A DNA stretch of 64,000 bases, taken from NCBI GenBank assembly GCA_045586785.1, contig JAZNBA010000085.1:18022-82021 (forward strand). Direction: 5' to 3'. The stretch comes from Eubacteriales bacterium (GTDB taxonomy: Bacteria; Bacillota; Clostridia; Oscillospirales; CAG-272). The first letter of the stretch is position 1. The number at the start of each line of letters is the position of its first letter. The notes under the pieces were generated by a model. It made no database searches and had not been told where the DNA came from. It worked only from the letters and a program-made list of their open reading frames with translations. Shown piece by piece: positions 1-8,811 of this stretch. Both the position numbers and the translations under genes were made by a program.

Positions 1-365
1 GATTTGGAATATCTATACATAAGATCAATTGTCCCAATGTCATTTCTGCCAAGTCGCGTTCGGAAGATTCCGGACGCTGGGTAGATGCTCATTGGGAGCA
101 AGGCGGTACCATGTCGCGCTCAGATGTATATGAGGCTATTTTGCAGCTTCATGTTGTGGACAGATTGGGTCTTATTGCAGATGTTACCTCAGTTCTTGCG
201 GAAATGAAGGTTCCGATACTTTCCATAAATTCGCAAAAGCGTACCAATTCACGAGCAATAATAAATATGAAGATAAGCTGCAGAAATATTGAACATTATC
301 AGCTTATAGTAGATAAATTGATCAGTCTTGACGGTGTTCAAGATGTGGTCAGAGGATTCATGTAA
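1..365 (+). CDS. relA: RelA/SpoT-family (p)ppGpp synthetase/hydrolase, C-terminal fragment (5' end outside window)
   Basis: Frame 3 is open from the window edge to the stop at 363-365. Translation FGISIHKINCPNV...RWVDAHWE is followed by an ACT-like segment (LQLHVVDRLGLIADVTSVLAEMKVPILSINS). relA-dtd adjacency is conserved in Firmicutes. Confidence 0.75.
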   Translation, partial: FGISIHKINCPNVISAKSRSEDSGRWVDAHWEQGGTMSRSDVYEAILQLHVVDRLGLIADVTSVLAEMKVPILSINSQKRTNSRAIINMKISCRNIEHYQLIVDKLISLDGVQDVVRGFM

Positions 366-385
366 AAGAAAGGCTTTGATTTAAT

Positions 386-841
386 ATGATAGCAGTGCTT
401 CAGAGAGTTACAAGCGCAAATGTTACTGTAGATGACAAGGTTGTGGGAAGTTGTGGAGCGGGATTATGCATACTGCTTGGTGTAGGCGTAAATGATACAT
501 CTGAGGATGCAGAATTGCTGGCTTCAAAAATAGCTAAATTGAGAATATTTACTGATGCGGAGGATAAAATGAATCTGTCAGTAAAGGATATTGGCGGAGA
601 AGCATTGGTAATATCTAATTTCACATTGCTTGCCAATTATCGCCACGGAAACCGTCCCGAATACATGAGCGCGGCTCGACCCGAACTTGCAAATCAACTG
701 TACGAATATTTTAAAGAATTGCTTGGTAAAGATATTCCGGTGCAGAGTGGCGTATTTGGCGCTCACATGCATCTTAACATTGAAAACAATGGTCCTGTGA
801 CTATTGTAATGAACAGTGAAGAACTGAAAAAGAAGAAATAA
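386..841 (+). CDS. dtd: D-aminoacyl-tRNA deacylase
   Basis: 151 aa. N-terminus MIAVLQRV, ISNFTL and NGPVTI motifs are typical of Dtd. It lies directly downstream of relA. Confidence 0.9.
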   Translation: MIAVLQRVTSANVTVDDKVVGSCGAGLCILLGVGVNDTSEDAELLASKIAKLRIFTDAEDKMNLSVKDIGGEALVISNFTLLANYRHGNRPEYMSAARPELANQLYEYFKELLGKDIPVQSGVFGAHMHLNIENNGPVTIVMNSEELKKKK

Positions 842-851
842 AGGATAGACT

Positions 852-2351
852 ATGAAGCTTATTATCGATGGAGACGTAAATAAATATTACGTTCAGATGC
901 TATGCATGATATATTTCCCCGGCGCAAAATTCGGAAATGATGAGCAAGAGACAGCTGACAATCCAACGTTGGAGCTTAAGGTGTCTCGCGACAATCAGGG
1001 AGTTGATGCATATGCGGAACTCAGATATATGCACAAAATATGCTCGTCTCACAAGCACGCGGACTTTTCTGATGGAATGACTCATGATCGTACACAAAAA
1101 ATAGTCATTGGTGAGGCAGTATTGGCGGCAGCGGGCGAGTTGACGGGATACCGTCCTTCCTGGGGTATGCTTACAGGTGTACGCCCGTCAAAGGTAGCGA
1201 TGGAAATGCTTGTGTCGGGCATGAGTAAAACTCGTGTAAAGCGTCATATGACGAGTGATTATCTGGTCATACCCAAGAAATCGGCATTGGCAACAGATGT
1301 CGCGATAAATGAGATGAAAATAATCGGTCAGCCCGGCAAAAAAGATTGCAGTGTATATATATCCATTCCGTTTTGTCCCACAAGATGCGCGTATTGCTCA
1401 TTTGTTTCATATTCTTCTCAAAAGTTGCTTTCTTTGATACCGGAATATCTGGGTAAGCTTATAGATGATGTTAAAGGTACTTTTGCTACCATTGCCCGTC
1501 TGGGACTTAATCTTAAGACGGTTTACATAGGCGGAGGCACTCCTACAATTTTAACTGCCGATCAGCTTGAGTGTTTGCTCAGCACTATATATGATTGTTT
1601 TGATGTTTCGTGCTTGGAAGAATACACTTTGGAAGCGGGTCGTCCCGATACGATCGATGCCGATAAATTAAGAGTTGCTCAGAAATACGGCGTAGGAAGA
1701 ATCAGTGTAAATCCTCAAACGCTGAATGATGAACTTTTGGCTTCTATAGGTCGTTCTCATACATCGGAAGATTTCTTCCGTGCCTATGATACAGCACGTG
1801 ATATAGGAATTAAGTGTGTTAACACGGATCTTATTGCGGGACTTCCGGGGGATAAGTTCAAATTATTTTCCGAGAGCTTTGATAAAATACTTGCATTGCG
1901 TCCCGAGAACATCACGGTACATACTTTTTGTGTGAAAAAAGCTGCGGAACTGCGTCAATGTGATGTATATTCACGCAATGGTGGAGACGTTGGAAAGTGT
2001 GTGGATTACTCGCAGATCAAATCAATTCAAGCAGAGTATAAGCCGTATTATATGTACAGGCAAAAAAATACTGTCGGAAATTATGAAAATGTTGGATTGG
2101 CGCTTGAAGGATATGAAGGACGCTATAATATATATATGATGGAAGAAACACATTCCATATTCGCAGCCGGGGCAGGAGCTGTTACCAAGCTTGTAAAACT
2201 AAGCAATAATACAAATGATAAAACTGTTATAACAAGGCTTTTTAATGCTAAATATCCATACGAATATTTAGCAGATGATCGCCGTACAGATATAGAAGAA
2301 AAAACAATAAAATTTTATGAGGAACATGTTTTTACATCAAACAGCAATTGA
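852..2351 (+). CDS. hemZ: Radical SAM, HemN-like oxygen-independent coproporphyrinogen III oxidase family (HemZ-type)
   Basis: 499 aa. CxxxCxxC cluster motif (CPTRCAYC) and a GGGTPT motif. The long N-terminal extension is typical of HemZ-type proteins of Clostridia. Confidence 0.7.
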   Translation: MKLIIDGDVNKYYVQMLCMIYFPGAKFGNDEQETADNPTLELKVSRDNQGVDAYAELRYMHKICSSHKHADFSDGMTHDRTQKIVIGEAVLAAAGELTGYRPSWGMLTGVRPSKVAMEMLVSGMSKTRVKRHMTSDYLVIPKKSALATDVAINEMKIIGQPGKKDCSVYISIPFCPTRCAYCSFVSYSSQKLLSLIPEYLGKLIDDVKGTFATIARLGLNLKTVYIGGGTPTILTADQLECLLSTIYDCFDVSCLEEYTLEAGRPDTIDADKLRVAQKYGVGRISVNPQTLNDELLASIGRSHTSEDFFRAYDTARDIGIKCVNTDLIAGLPGDKFKLFSESFDKILALRPENITVHTFCVKKAAELRQCDVYSRNGGDVGKCVDYSQIKSIQAEYKPYYMYRQKNTVGNYENVGLALEGYEGRYNIYMMEETHSIFAAGAGAVTKLVKLSNNTNDKTVITRLFNAKYPYEYLADDRRTDIEEKTIKFYEEHVFTSNSN

Positions 2352-2368
2352 TTTAAGGGGGGAATGTT

Positions 2369-3298
2369 ATGGTTATATCTCCAAAAAGATTTAAATCTTT
2401 GGAGGACGCTAAAGCATTTGTGCAAAAGAGTGAGCAGGATTTTGAAAAAAGACTTGAATTCACTGTAGAGAAGGTTTGTGAAAATAAGGATATAAGGCTT
2501 ATAGGGCTTTCCGGCCCCACATGTTCTGGTAAAACAACGACAGCAAAAAAACTAATAAACAAACTGACAGAGATGGGTAAGAAAGTTCATGTTGTGTCGA
2601 TAGATGACTTCTTTTATGACAGAGAAATTCTTATTGCCAGAGCTGATAATGATCCTGATATTGAAGTGGATTATGACTCGGAGGACACAATTGACTTTGA
2701 TGCGCTCAAGGAATGCATAGCCGAAGTCTTTTCAGATGAAGCTACTCAAATTCCAAAATATGATTTTATTTTGGGCAAGCGCGTTGGATACGTAACTATC
2801 GATCCCGATGATAACGACCTTTTTATTTTTGAAGGCATACAAGCTATATATCCTAAGGTTACCGCGCTTTTCCATCAATATAACTATAAAAGTGTTTATA
2901 TTTGTGTTGAAAGCGCTATAGATATTGAGGGAACGTTATTTGAACCCAATGAACTCAGATTAATGCGCCGAATAGTTCGTGATTATAAATTCAGAGGTGC
3001 ATCACCCGAATTTACTCTTTACCTTTGGGATAGCGTCAGAGCAAATGAAGAAACAAGTATTTTTCCGTATGTGTCGGGATGTGACTACTTTATCAATTCA
3101 ACTTTGCCGTTTGAGGTCCATCTTCTGATGCCGTATTTAAAGAAAATATTACCTTGTGTTCCGATTGATGATCCGCACAGAGCAGTGGCAGAAAATATAT
3201 TGAAAAAGTTGGATGGAATAGAGGCGGTATCGGCGGAGTATCTTATTCCCGATTCGCTTTGCTATGAATTTATTGAAAAAAATGAAAACATTATTTGA
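2369..3298 (+). CDS. Uridine kinase / PRK-family nucleoside kinase-like P-loop protein
   Basis: Walker A motif GLSGPTCSGKTTTAKKL. IPKYDF...FIFEGIQA resembles the uridine-kinase family core. There is an extra C-terminal region. Confidence 0.55.
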   Translation: MVISPKRFKSLEDAKAFVQKSEQDFEKRLEFTVEKVCENKDIRLIGLSGPTCSGKTTTAKKLINKLTEMGKKVHVVSIDDFFYDREILIARADNDPDIEVDYDSEDTIDFDALKECIAEVFSDEATQIPKYDFILGKRVGYVTIDPDDNDLFIFEGIQAIYPKVTALFHQYNYKSVYICVESAIDIEGTLFEPNELRLMRRIVRDYKFRGASPEFTLYLWDSVRANEETSIFPYVSGCDYFINSTLPFEVHLLMPYLKKILPCVPIDDPHRAVAENILKKLDGIEAVSAEYLIPDSLCYEFIEKNENII

Positions 3299-4556
3299 AA
3301 ATGTCAGATTGATATCAGGCGAGACTGTATATGTTGTTGTTGATGGCGCTTACTTCAGCTATGTTGGATGTGAGCGCCCGACAGGCAATTTTGATAATAT
3401 AAAAAATTGCCGTGGCGCGTTAATGATCCCGGCGTTTTATAATACTCATTGTCATGCCGCAATGACATTGTTCAGAGGTGTTGGCGATGGATTGCCGCTG
3501 TCAAGGTGGCTTAATGAAAAGATCTTTCCCGCGGAGGACAAGCTTACGGGTGAGGCTACATACTGGGCTACATTGCTCGGATGTGCCGAGATGATAAGCT
3601 CCGGAACAGTATCTTTTTCAGATATGTATATGTTTGAAGATTCTGTTGCGGAGGCAGTCATTGAATGCGGTACTAAAGCAAATCTTGCTCGCGGCTTGGT
3701 TTCTTTTGATGAGATGGCAGACTTTGCCTCTGATACAAGATTCCTTGAAGCTAAGGCACTGTATAATAAGTATCACGATGCCGAAAATGGTAGAATAAAA
3801 GTTGAATTTTCGCTACACGCCGAATACACAAATGTTTTGTCGTATTGTTCATATGTTGCGGAGTATTGTCGCATTAATAATATTCCTATACAGATACATC
3901 TTTCCGAAACACAAAATGAGCATGAGGCGTGCATTGCCAAATACGGTGTCACTCCTGCCGGATTTTTTGACAAAGCCGGCGTTTTAGATGCTCATGTCAC
4001 TGCGGCTCACTGTGTTTGGTTGAGTGATGATGATATAGAGTTGCTTTCATCTAAAAAAGTTTGCGTATCGCACAATCCTACCAGCAATCTGAAGTTGGGA
4101 AGCGGTATTATGCCATATGCAAAAATTGCTTCAAGCGGTATATTGGTAGCGCTTGGCACAGACGGTGCCGCATCAAATAACTCTTTGAGTATTTTGAAAG
4201 AAATGCAGCTTGCTGCATTGCTGCATAAAGGAACACAGCTTGATGCGTCTGCCGCAAATGCACGAGATATGCTTGATATGGCGACCGTCAACGGTGCCAT
4301 GGTTCAAAAGCGCAATGATTGCGGCCGCATTTGCGAAGGGTACAGGGCAGATGCTGTTCTCATTGATCTCGATGATTGCAATACGATTCCTTCACTGGAT
4401 CTGTATGCTACACTTATGTATAGTACGGATAAGTCCAATGTTTTGATGACTATGTGCGACGGTAGAATATTATTCGAAAACGGTGAGTATAAATCTATTG
4501 ATATAGAACGTGTGAAATTTAATTTCAAACGTTGCGTATCTAAAATTTTTGAATAA
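3282..4556 (+). CDS. mtaD: Amidohydrolase, 5-methylthioadenosine/S-adenosylhomocysteine deaminase-like
   Basis: HxH metal motif (NTHCHAAM), HLSE and GTDG motifs of the MtaD/guanine-deaminase-like amidohydrolases. Start set at ATG 3282 (MKTLFENVRLI), which fits family N-termini; ATG 3264 is an alternative. Confidence 0.7.
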   Translation: MKTLFENVRLISGETVYVVVDGAYFSYVGCERPTGNFDNIKNCRGALMIPAFYNTHCHAAMTLFRGVGDGLPLSRWLNEKIFPAEDKLTGEATYWATLLGCAEMISSGTVSFSDMYMFEDSVAEAVIECGTKANLARGLVSFDEMADFASDTRFLEAKALYNKYHDAENGRIKVEFSLHAEYTNVLSYCSYVAEYCRINNIPIQIHLSETQNEHEACIAKYGVTPAGFFDKAGVLDAHVTAAHCVWLSDDDIELLSSKKVCVSHNPTSNLKLGSGIMPYAKIASSGILVALGTDGAASNNSLSILKEMQLAALLHKGTQLDASAANARDMLDMATVNGAMVQKRNDCGRICEGYRADAVLIDLDDCNTIPSLDLYATLMYSTDKSNVLMTMCDGRILFENGEYKSIDIERVKFNFKRCVSKIFE

Positions 4557-4570
4557 TATCAGGAGGCTGA

Positions 4571-6232
4571 ATGTCGTATCCCCATGTAAGCTCTGCCACA
4601 GGGCAGGCGGGGACGTTGAAAAAACTTTTTTCGGGTACTGCGATACTGTCTTTATCAGCAGTAATATCCAAAATAATAGGACTTGTATATAAAATACCGC
4701 TTATAGGCTATGTTGGCGTGTCCGGTATGGCATATTTTTTGGCTGCAAACCATATTTACGTACTTCTGTTTGTTATTTCAACGGCAGGATTGCCTGTCGC
4801 TGTTGCAGTTCTTGTTGCGGAAACGATTGCAAAATGTGATTTAGGATCTGTGCGCAGAATATATAAAACTGCATTGGCGCTCTTTTTAATATTGGGCTTG
4901 TTCGGGTCAGTTATCATGCTGCTCGGTGCAAAAATAATTGCAGACATGATAGGCATTCCTAAAGCGGCAAGCAGTATTATGGCGATTTCTCCTGCTGTTT
5001 TGATGGCATGTGTTTCGGGTGCCATACGAGGATATTTTCAAGGGCATCAAATAATGATTCATACAGCAATATCCCAGGTTATAGAATCTATAGGTAAGCT
5101 GGTGCTTGGTTTAGCGGGGGCAATGTATGCTCAATCTTGCGGCATGGACAGCAGTATTATTTCTGCATATGCCATTTTGGGAATAACCTGCGGAGTTGGG
5201 CTTTCAATGCTTTATCTGATAATTGCCAAAAAGTTGTTCGACAGTAAAAATTACAAGCACATTGATAGTCTTGGTGATAATCGTACGTACTCGGTATCAA
5301 GGCTGTTATGCTTAGCATTCCCAATTACGGTGAGTGCTGCGGTGATCAGCTTGAGTGGTGTGATAGACACTGCTCTTATTCCAAATTGTCTATTGTCGTG
5401 CGGCTTTTCCGAAACAGATGCCAACATATTATATAGCTGTTATGGAAATATGGCAGTGCCAATGTTCAGCTTGACGCCGTCTCTAATAACTCCGATTGCA
5501 ATGTCGATAGTTCCGTTGATATCATCTGCCCAAAGTATGGGTGACATCAAACGTTATAATAACGCTGTTTGTATATCTGTGAGAATGACACTTCTGTTTG
5601 CATTGCCGGCAGCTATAGGTTTGGTTGCTTTTTCAGAGCCTATACTTAGATTAATATTCAGCTCCGAACCTTCGGCAACAGGAATCGCGGCATCTTTGCT
5701 GTCTTTTCTTGCGCCTTCTATCATTCCGGCTTGCTTGATAACTACAACAAATGCCGTTCTTCAAGCGCGAGGAAAGGCGGGCATAACTATTTTTTCTATG
5801 ACATGCGGAATACTTATAAAGCTTATATCTGAATATTTGCTGATAAGAAATCGAAGTGTTAATATATACGGAGCACCTTTAAGCACCATTTTGTGTGACA
5901 TTACTGTCGTTGGTCTTAATACTTATTTTGTAATAAAAGATGTACACAGGTTGAAAAATTTCTACCGTCCCGTAATAGGCAATGTGATTGCAGCATTTGC
6001 TTCTGTAGGTGCGTCTGTCTTATTATGGAGAACTTCAGATCTGTCTTCTATGATGGGGATATCGGTTATGATTCCTATTTTGGTTGCTGCGATTCTTTAT
6101 ATTGTGTTTGTATTTTTATTGGGTGCAATAGACAGAGAAATGATAGAAATTATGTTTGCAAATAAAAACAAGAATAAAAAAAGGAAAATATCAAATGAAC
6201 AGAGAACAGAAAATCGCATATTTGCTGGATAA
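4571..6232 (+). CDS. MOP-superfamily flippase (SpoVB/MurJ-like, YabM position)
   Basis: 553 aa with about 14 hydrophobic segments. It sits upstream of mazG-yabO-yabP-yabQ-divIC, as yabM does in Bacillus. Confidence 0.65.
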   Translation: MSYPHVSSATGQAGTLKKLFSGTAILSLSAVISKIIGLVYKIPLIGYVGVSGMAYFLAANHIYVLLFVISTAGLPVAVAVLVAETIAKCDLGSVRRIYKTALALFLILGLFGSVIMLLGAKIIADMIGIPKAASSIMAISPAVLMACVSGAIRGYFQGHQIMIHTAISQVIESIGKLVLGLAGAMYAQSCGMDSSIISAYAILGITCGVGLSMLYLIIAKKLFDSKNYKHIDSLGDNRTYSVSRLLCLAFPITVSAAVISLSGVIDTALIPNCLLSCGFSETDANILYSCYGNMAVPMFSLTPSLITPIAMSIVPLISSAQSMGDIKRYNNAVCISVRMTLLFALPAAIGLVAFSEPILRLIFSSEPSATGIAASLLSFLAPSIIPACLITTTNAVLQARGKAGITIFSMTCGILIKLISEYLLIRNRSVNIYGAPLSTILCDITVVGLNTYFVIKDVHRLKNFYRPVIGNVIAAFASVGASVLLWRTSDLSSMMGISVMIPILVAAILYIVFVFLLGAIDREMIEIMFANKNKNKKRKISNEQRTENRIFAG

Positions 6233-7004
6233 GGAGCATTATAGCGCAGATGATCTTAATATGATAGTAGAAATACTGCGCGGGGAAGGCGGATGTCCTT
6301 GGGATAGGGAGCAGACGCACAAAAGTATACGCAATGATTTTATTGAAGAAACATATGAAGTAATAGAAGCTATAGAAACAGAAAATTCCAAGCTTATGCA
6401 GGAAGAGCTGGGAGATGTACTGCTTCAAGTTGTATTCCACACCGAAATAGAGCGTGAGGCAGGAAGATTTGAATTCAGCGATGTGACGGACGGTATTTGT
6501 CGTAAACTGATACACCGTCACCCTCACGTGTTTGGAGATGTAAGTGTCAGTTCATCAGAACAGGTGCTATCTAATTGGGATAAAATTAAAAGCGAAGAAA
6601 AAAGCAGAATAACGATGACCGACAAATTACGCTCTATTCCGCCTATGTTACCTGCGCTTATGAGAGCTACAAAAGTCGGCAAAAAGGCGGCATGCTTTGA
6701 TTTTGCAGATGCTGAAGCTGTTTTGATCAAGTTGGATGAAGAAACGGCAGAGCTGAAAACGGCTATCGCGTCGGAATCTAAAGAGAGAGTATCGGAAGAG
6801 CTTGGAGACCTGCTTTTGACAATTACAAGTCTTGCAAGAAAGCTCGGTATAGATGCTGAGGAATCACTCAGATATGCGACAGATAAATTTATTGACAGAT
6901 TTGAAAAAGTTGAAAATGAAGTTCTTAATCAAGGATTTGATATGAATGATTTGAGAATGGAACAACTGGACAAAATCTGGGATCAAATTAAGCATAATCA
7001 ATAA
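6195..7004 (+). CDS. mazG: Nucleoside triphosphate pyrophosphohydrolase MazG (tandem MazG domains)
   Basis: CPWDREQTH, EExYEVxEAI and ELGDxLL motifs occur twice. Start set at ATG 6195 (MNREQK); the ORF-track start at 6156 lies inside the upstream gene. Confidence 0.85.
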   Translation: MNREQKIAYLLDKEHYSADDLNMIVEILRGEGGCPWDREQTHKSIRNDFIEETYEVIEAIETENSKLMQEELGDVLLQVVFHTEIEREAGRFEFSDVTDGICRKLIHRHPHVFGDVSVSSSEQVLSNWDKIKSEEKSRITMTDKLRSIPPMLPALMRATKVGKKAACFDFADAEAVLIKLDEETAELKTAIASESKERVSEELGDLLLTITSLARKLGIDAEESLRYATDKFIDRFEKVENEVLNQGFDMNDLRMEQLDKIWDQIKHNQ

Positions 7005-7021
7005 AATCATTATAAAAACTA

Positions 7022-7050
7022 TTGAATACATGTTCAAATTGTGGTATAAT
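7022..7050 (+). promoter_or_regulatory. Strong sigma-A promoter of hup
   Basis: TTGAAT, then 17 nt, then TGgTATAAT. Confidence 0.6.
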
Positions 7051-7084
7051 ATACATGATAAAATATTATACAGAGGTACAGAAC

Positions 7085-7357
7085 ATGAATAAAAAGCAGC
7101 TTGTTAAGCAACTTGCTTCAAAATTTGGAATAAAAGAAAAAAAGGCTAAGGTTGTTGTTGAGACAATGCTTGACACTATAGTAAACGCTCTTGAAGCAGG
7201 CGAAAAGGTTCAAATAACCGGATTTGGTACGTTTGAGGTTAAGAGCAGAAGCGAACGTGCGGGGCGCAATCCCAAAACCGGTGAGACCGTTACTATTCCC
7301 GCTTCAAAATATCCTGCATTTACTGCAAGCAAATCATTGAAAGACTCTTTTAAATAA
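7085..7357 (+). CDS. hup: DNA-binding protein HU
   Basis: 90 aa. MNKKQLV...GFGTFEVKSRSERAGRNPKTGE..IPA is the classic HU signature. Start at ATG 7085 with AGAGG upstream. Confidence 0.92.
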   Translation: MNKKQLVKQLASKFGIKEKKAKVVVETMLDTIVNALEAGEKVQITGFGTFEVKSRSERAGRNPKTGETVTIPASKYPAFTASKSLKDSFK

Positions 7358-7358
7358 A

Positions 7359-7601
7359 ATGAGATTAGATAAATTTTTAAAGATTTCCAGAATAATCAAA
7401 CGGAGAACCGTAGCAAACGAAGCCTGTGATACTGAGCATGTGAGTGTCAACGGCAGGCGTGCCAAGGCGTCGTATGATGTAAAAGAAAACGATATAATTG
7501 AAATTACATTTGGTCAAAGAACTTTGAAGGTAAAAGTCCTTGATGTTCGCGAGCATGCCGCCAAGGCCGATGCCGCATCGCTCTACGAAGTCATAGAATA
7601 A
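7359..7601 (+). CDS. yabO: RNA-binding S4-domain protein (YabO/Hsp15-like)
   Basis: MRLDKFLKISRIIKRRT... is nearly collinear with B. subtilis YabO. Its position before yabP is conserved. Confidence 0.85.
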   Translation: MRLDKFLKISRIIKRRTVANEACDTEHVSVNGRRAKASYDVKENDIIEITFGQRTLKVKVLDVREHAAKADAASLYEVIE

Positions 7602-7624
7602 TTATGTCCGCTTCCGCATATGCT
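7598..7624 (+). promoter_or_regulatory. Weak candidate mother-cell (sigma-E-type) promoter for yabP-yabQ
   Basis: ATAATT, then 13 nt, then CATATGCT. The Bacillus sigma-E consensus is roughly ATATT, 13-14 nt, CATACAnT. Partial match only. Confidence 0.25.
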
Positions 7625-7651
7625 GTACCATAAACATAACGTATGCGGAGG
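7611..7651 (+). promoter_or_regulatory. Hairpin sequestering the yabP Shine-Dalgarno sequence
   Basis: CTTCCGCATA (7611-7620) pairs with TATGCGGAGG (7642-7651, one G-U pair). The 3' arm contains the GGAGG SD located 5 nt before ATG 7657. Confidence 0.45.
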
Positions 7652-7656
7652 CCTTT

Positions 7657-7947
7657 ATGAATTTTGAAAATGAAAAACAACTGTCGTCATCGCACACCTG
7701 CAATATTCAGTCGCGCGCTCATGCGGATATTAACGGTGTTCGTGAAGTCTTGAGCTTTGATGAAAACAGCGTGGTACTTATTACCGGTTGCGGCGAATTA
7801 ACGCTTGAAGGTAGCGGCATTCGAGTCGGTGCGCTTGATACGGAGCGTGGAATTGTCAGTGTTGATGGCAAGATTTCGGCACTGTATTATTCCGACGATA
7901 GCTTAAAACGGAAAAGAAATATTTTTGGACGGCGGCGTGACGGATGA
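7657..7947 (+). CDS. yabP: Sporulation protein YabP
   Basis: 96 aa. The pattern V.SFDENSVVL.T..G.L...G..L.V..LD.E.G.V.V.G.I matches YabP. Gene order is yabO-yabP-yabQ. Confidence 0.8.
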   Translation: MNFENEKQLSSSHTCNIQSRAHADINGVREVLSFDENSVVLITGCGELTLEGSGIRVGALDTERGIVSVDGKISALYYSDDSLKRKRNIFGRRRDG

Positions 7948-8462
7948 ATATTGATCAATATGCGCTGGCGGAGATGACGGCACTGTCGTTGCTGCTTGGG
8001 GTGTTCTTGGAGCTTTTATTTGAATTGCTCAGATTTGTCGGTGGTATTTTTTTGCCGAGGTTGTTACAGGATAAACATCCAAGTAATAACGATGCCGTTG
8101 CGATTATTTGGTTTACGGTCCGAGATATTATTTTTTCTTTGTGTTGCGGAATTGCATTTTCTGTATTTGTTTATTATACCAATGATGGTAACATAAGATT
8201 TATTGCTGTTGTCGGGACATTGGTTGGGTTTATTGCTTGTTATTTTACCGTAGGGCATTTTATTCGTAGTGTTTCAATATTTATATTGAACACGCTTTAT
8301 AAATTAGTCAAGATATTGGTTTATCCGTTGAGATTAGTTGTAAAAATATTTATTGTATGGGTAATGAAGGCAGTTACATTTATTGATATGATTATTCGTC
8401 GGAATTATACATTGAGGGAAACGAAAAGATTATCTTTGTTAAAATATCGCGGAATTTATTGA
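7944..8462 (+). CDS. yabQ: Spore cortex biosynthesis protein YabQ (membrane)
   Basis: 172 aa with 4-5 TM segments. ATGA-type overlap with yabP and conserved position. Confidence 0.65.
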   Translation: MNIDQYALAEMTALSLLLGVFLELLFELLRFVGGIFLPRLLQDKHPSNNDAVAIIWFTVRDIIFSLCCGIAFSVFVYYTNDGNIRFIAVVGTLVGFIACYFTVGHFIRSVSIFILNTLYKLVKILVYPLRLVVKIFIVWVMKAVTFIDMIIRRNYTLRETKRLSLLKYRGIY

Positions 8463-8478
8463 TTTTTTAGGAGATAAA

Positions 8479-8781
8479 ATGGATAAGTATAAAAGAAATG
8501 TATTATTTTCAAAATCTAATATACTGTGGATAGCATCATTGATCGTCATTTTTGCTATAGCCGCCGGCATATTTATTTCCAGTATAATGGAATATCACAT
8601 TTTGCGCGATGCTAAAGAAAATATTGATAAAGAAGTGGATAAGGTACAGTCCGAAATAGATAAAAAAGAGCATGACTTAAATGCGGAAATGAATGACGAG
8701 TATATTGAAAGTGTGGCTAAAGAGGAGCTTGACCTTGTCAACCCGGATGAAATAATATATCACGACGATATAAATAATTAA
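8479..8781 (+). CDS. divIC: Septum formation initiator (DivIC/FtsB family)
   Basis: 100 aa with an N-terminal TM (ILWIASLIVIFAIAAGIFISSI) followed by a coiled coil. It occupies the position after yabQ. Confidence 0.65.
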   Translation: MDKYKRNVLFSKSNILWIASLIVIFAIAAGIFISSIMEYHILRDAKENIDKEVDKVQSEIDKKEHDLNAEMNDEYIESVAKEELDLVNPDEIIYHDDINN

Positions 8782-8808
8782 AAAGCTGTTGCGATGCAAC
8801 AGCTTTTT
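8781..8808. terminator. Bidirectional rho-independent terminator between divIC and the phosphoglucomutase gene
   Basis: AAAAGCTGTTGC-gat-GCAACAGCTTTT, a 12-bp stem flanked by A and T runs. Confidence 0.8.
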
Positions 8809-8811
8809 AGT

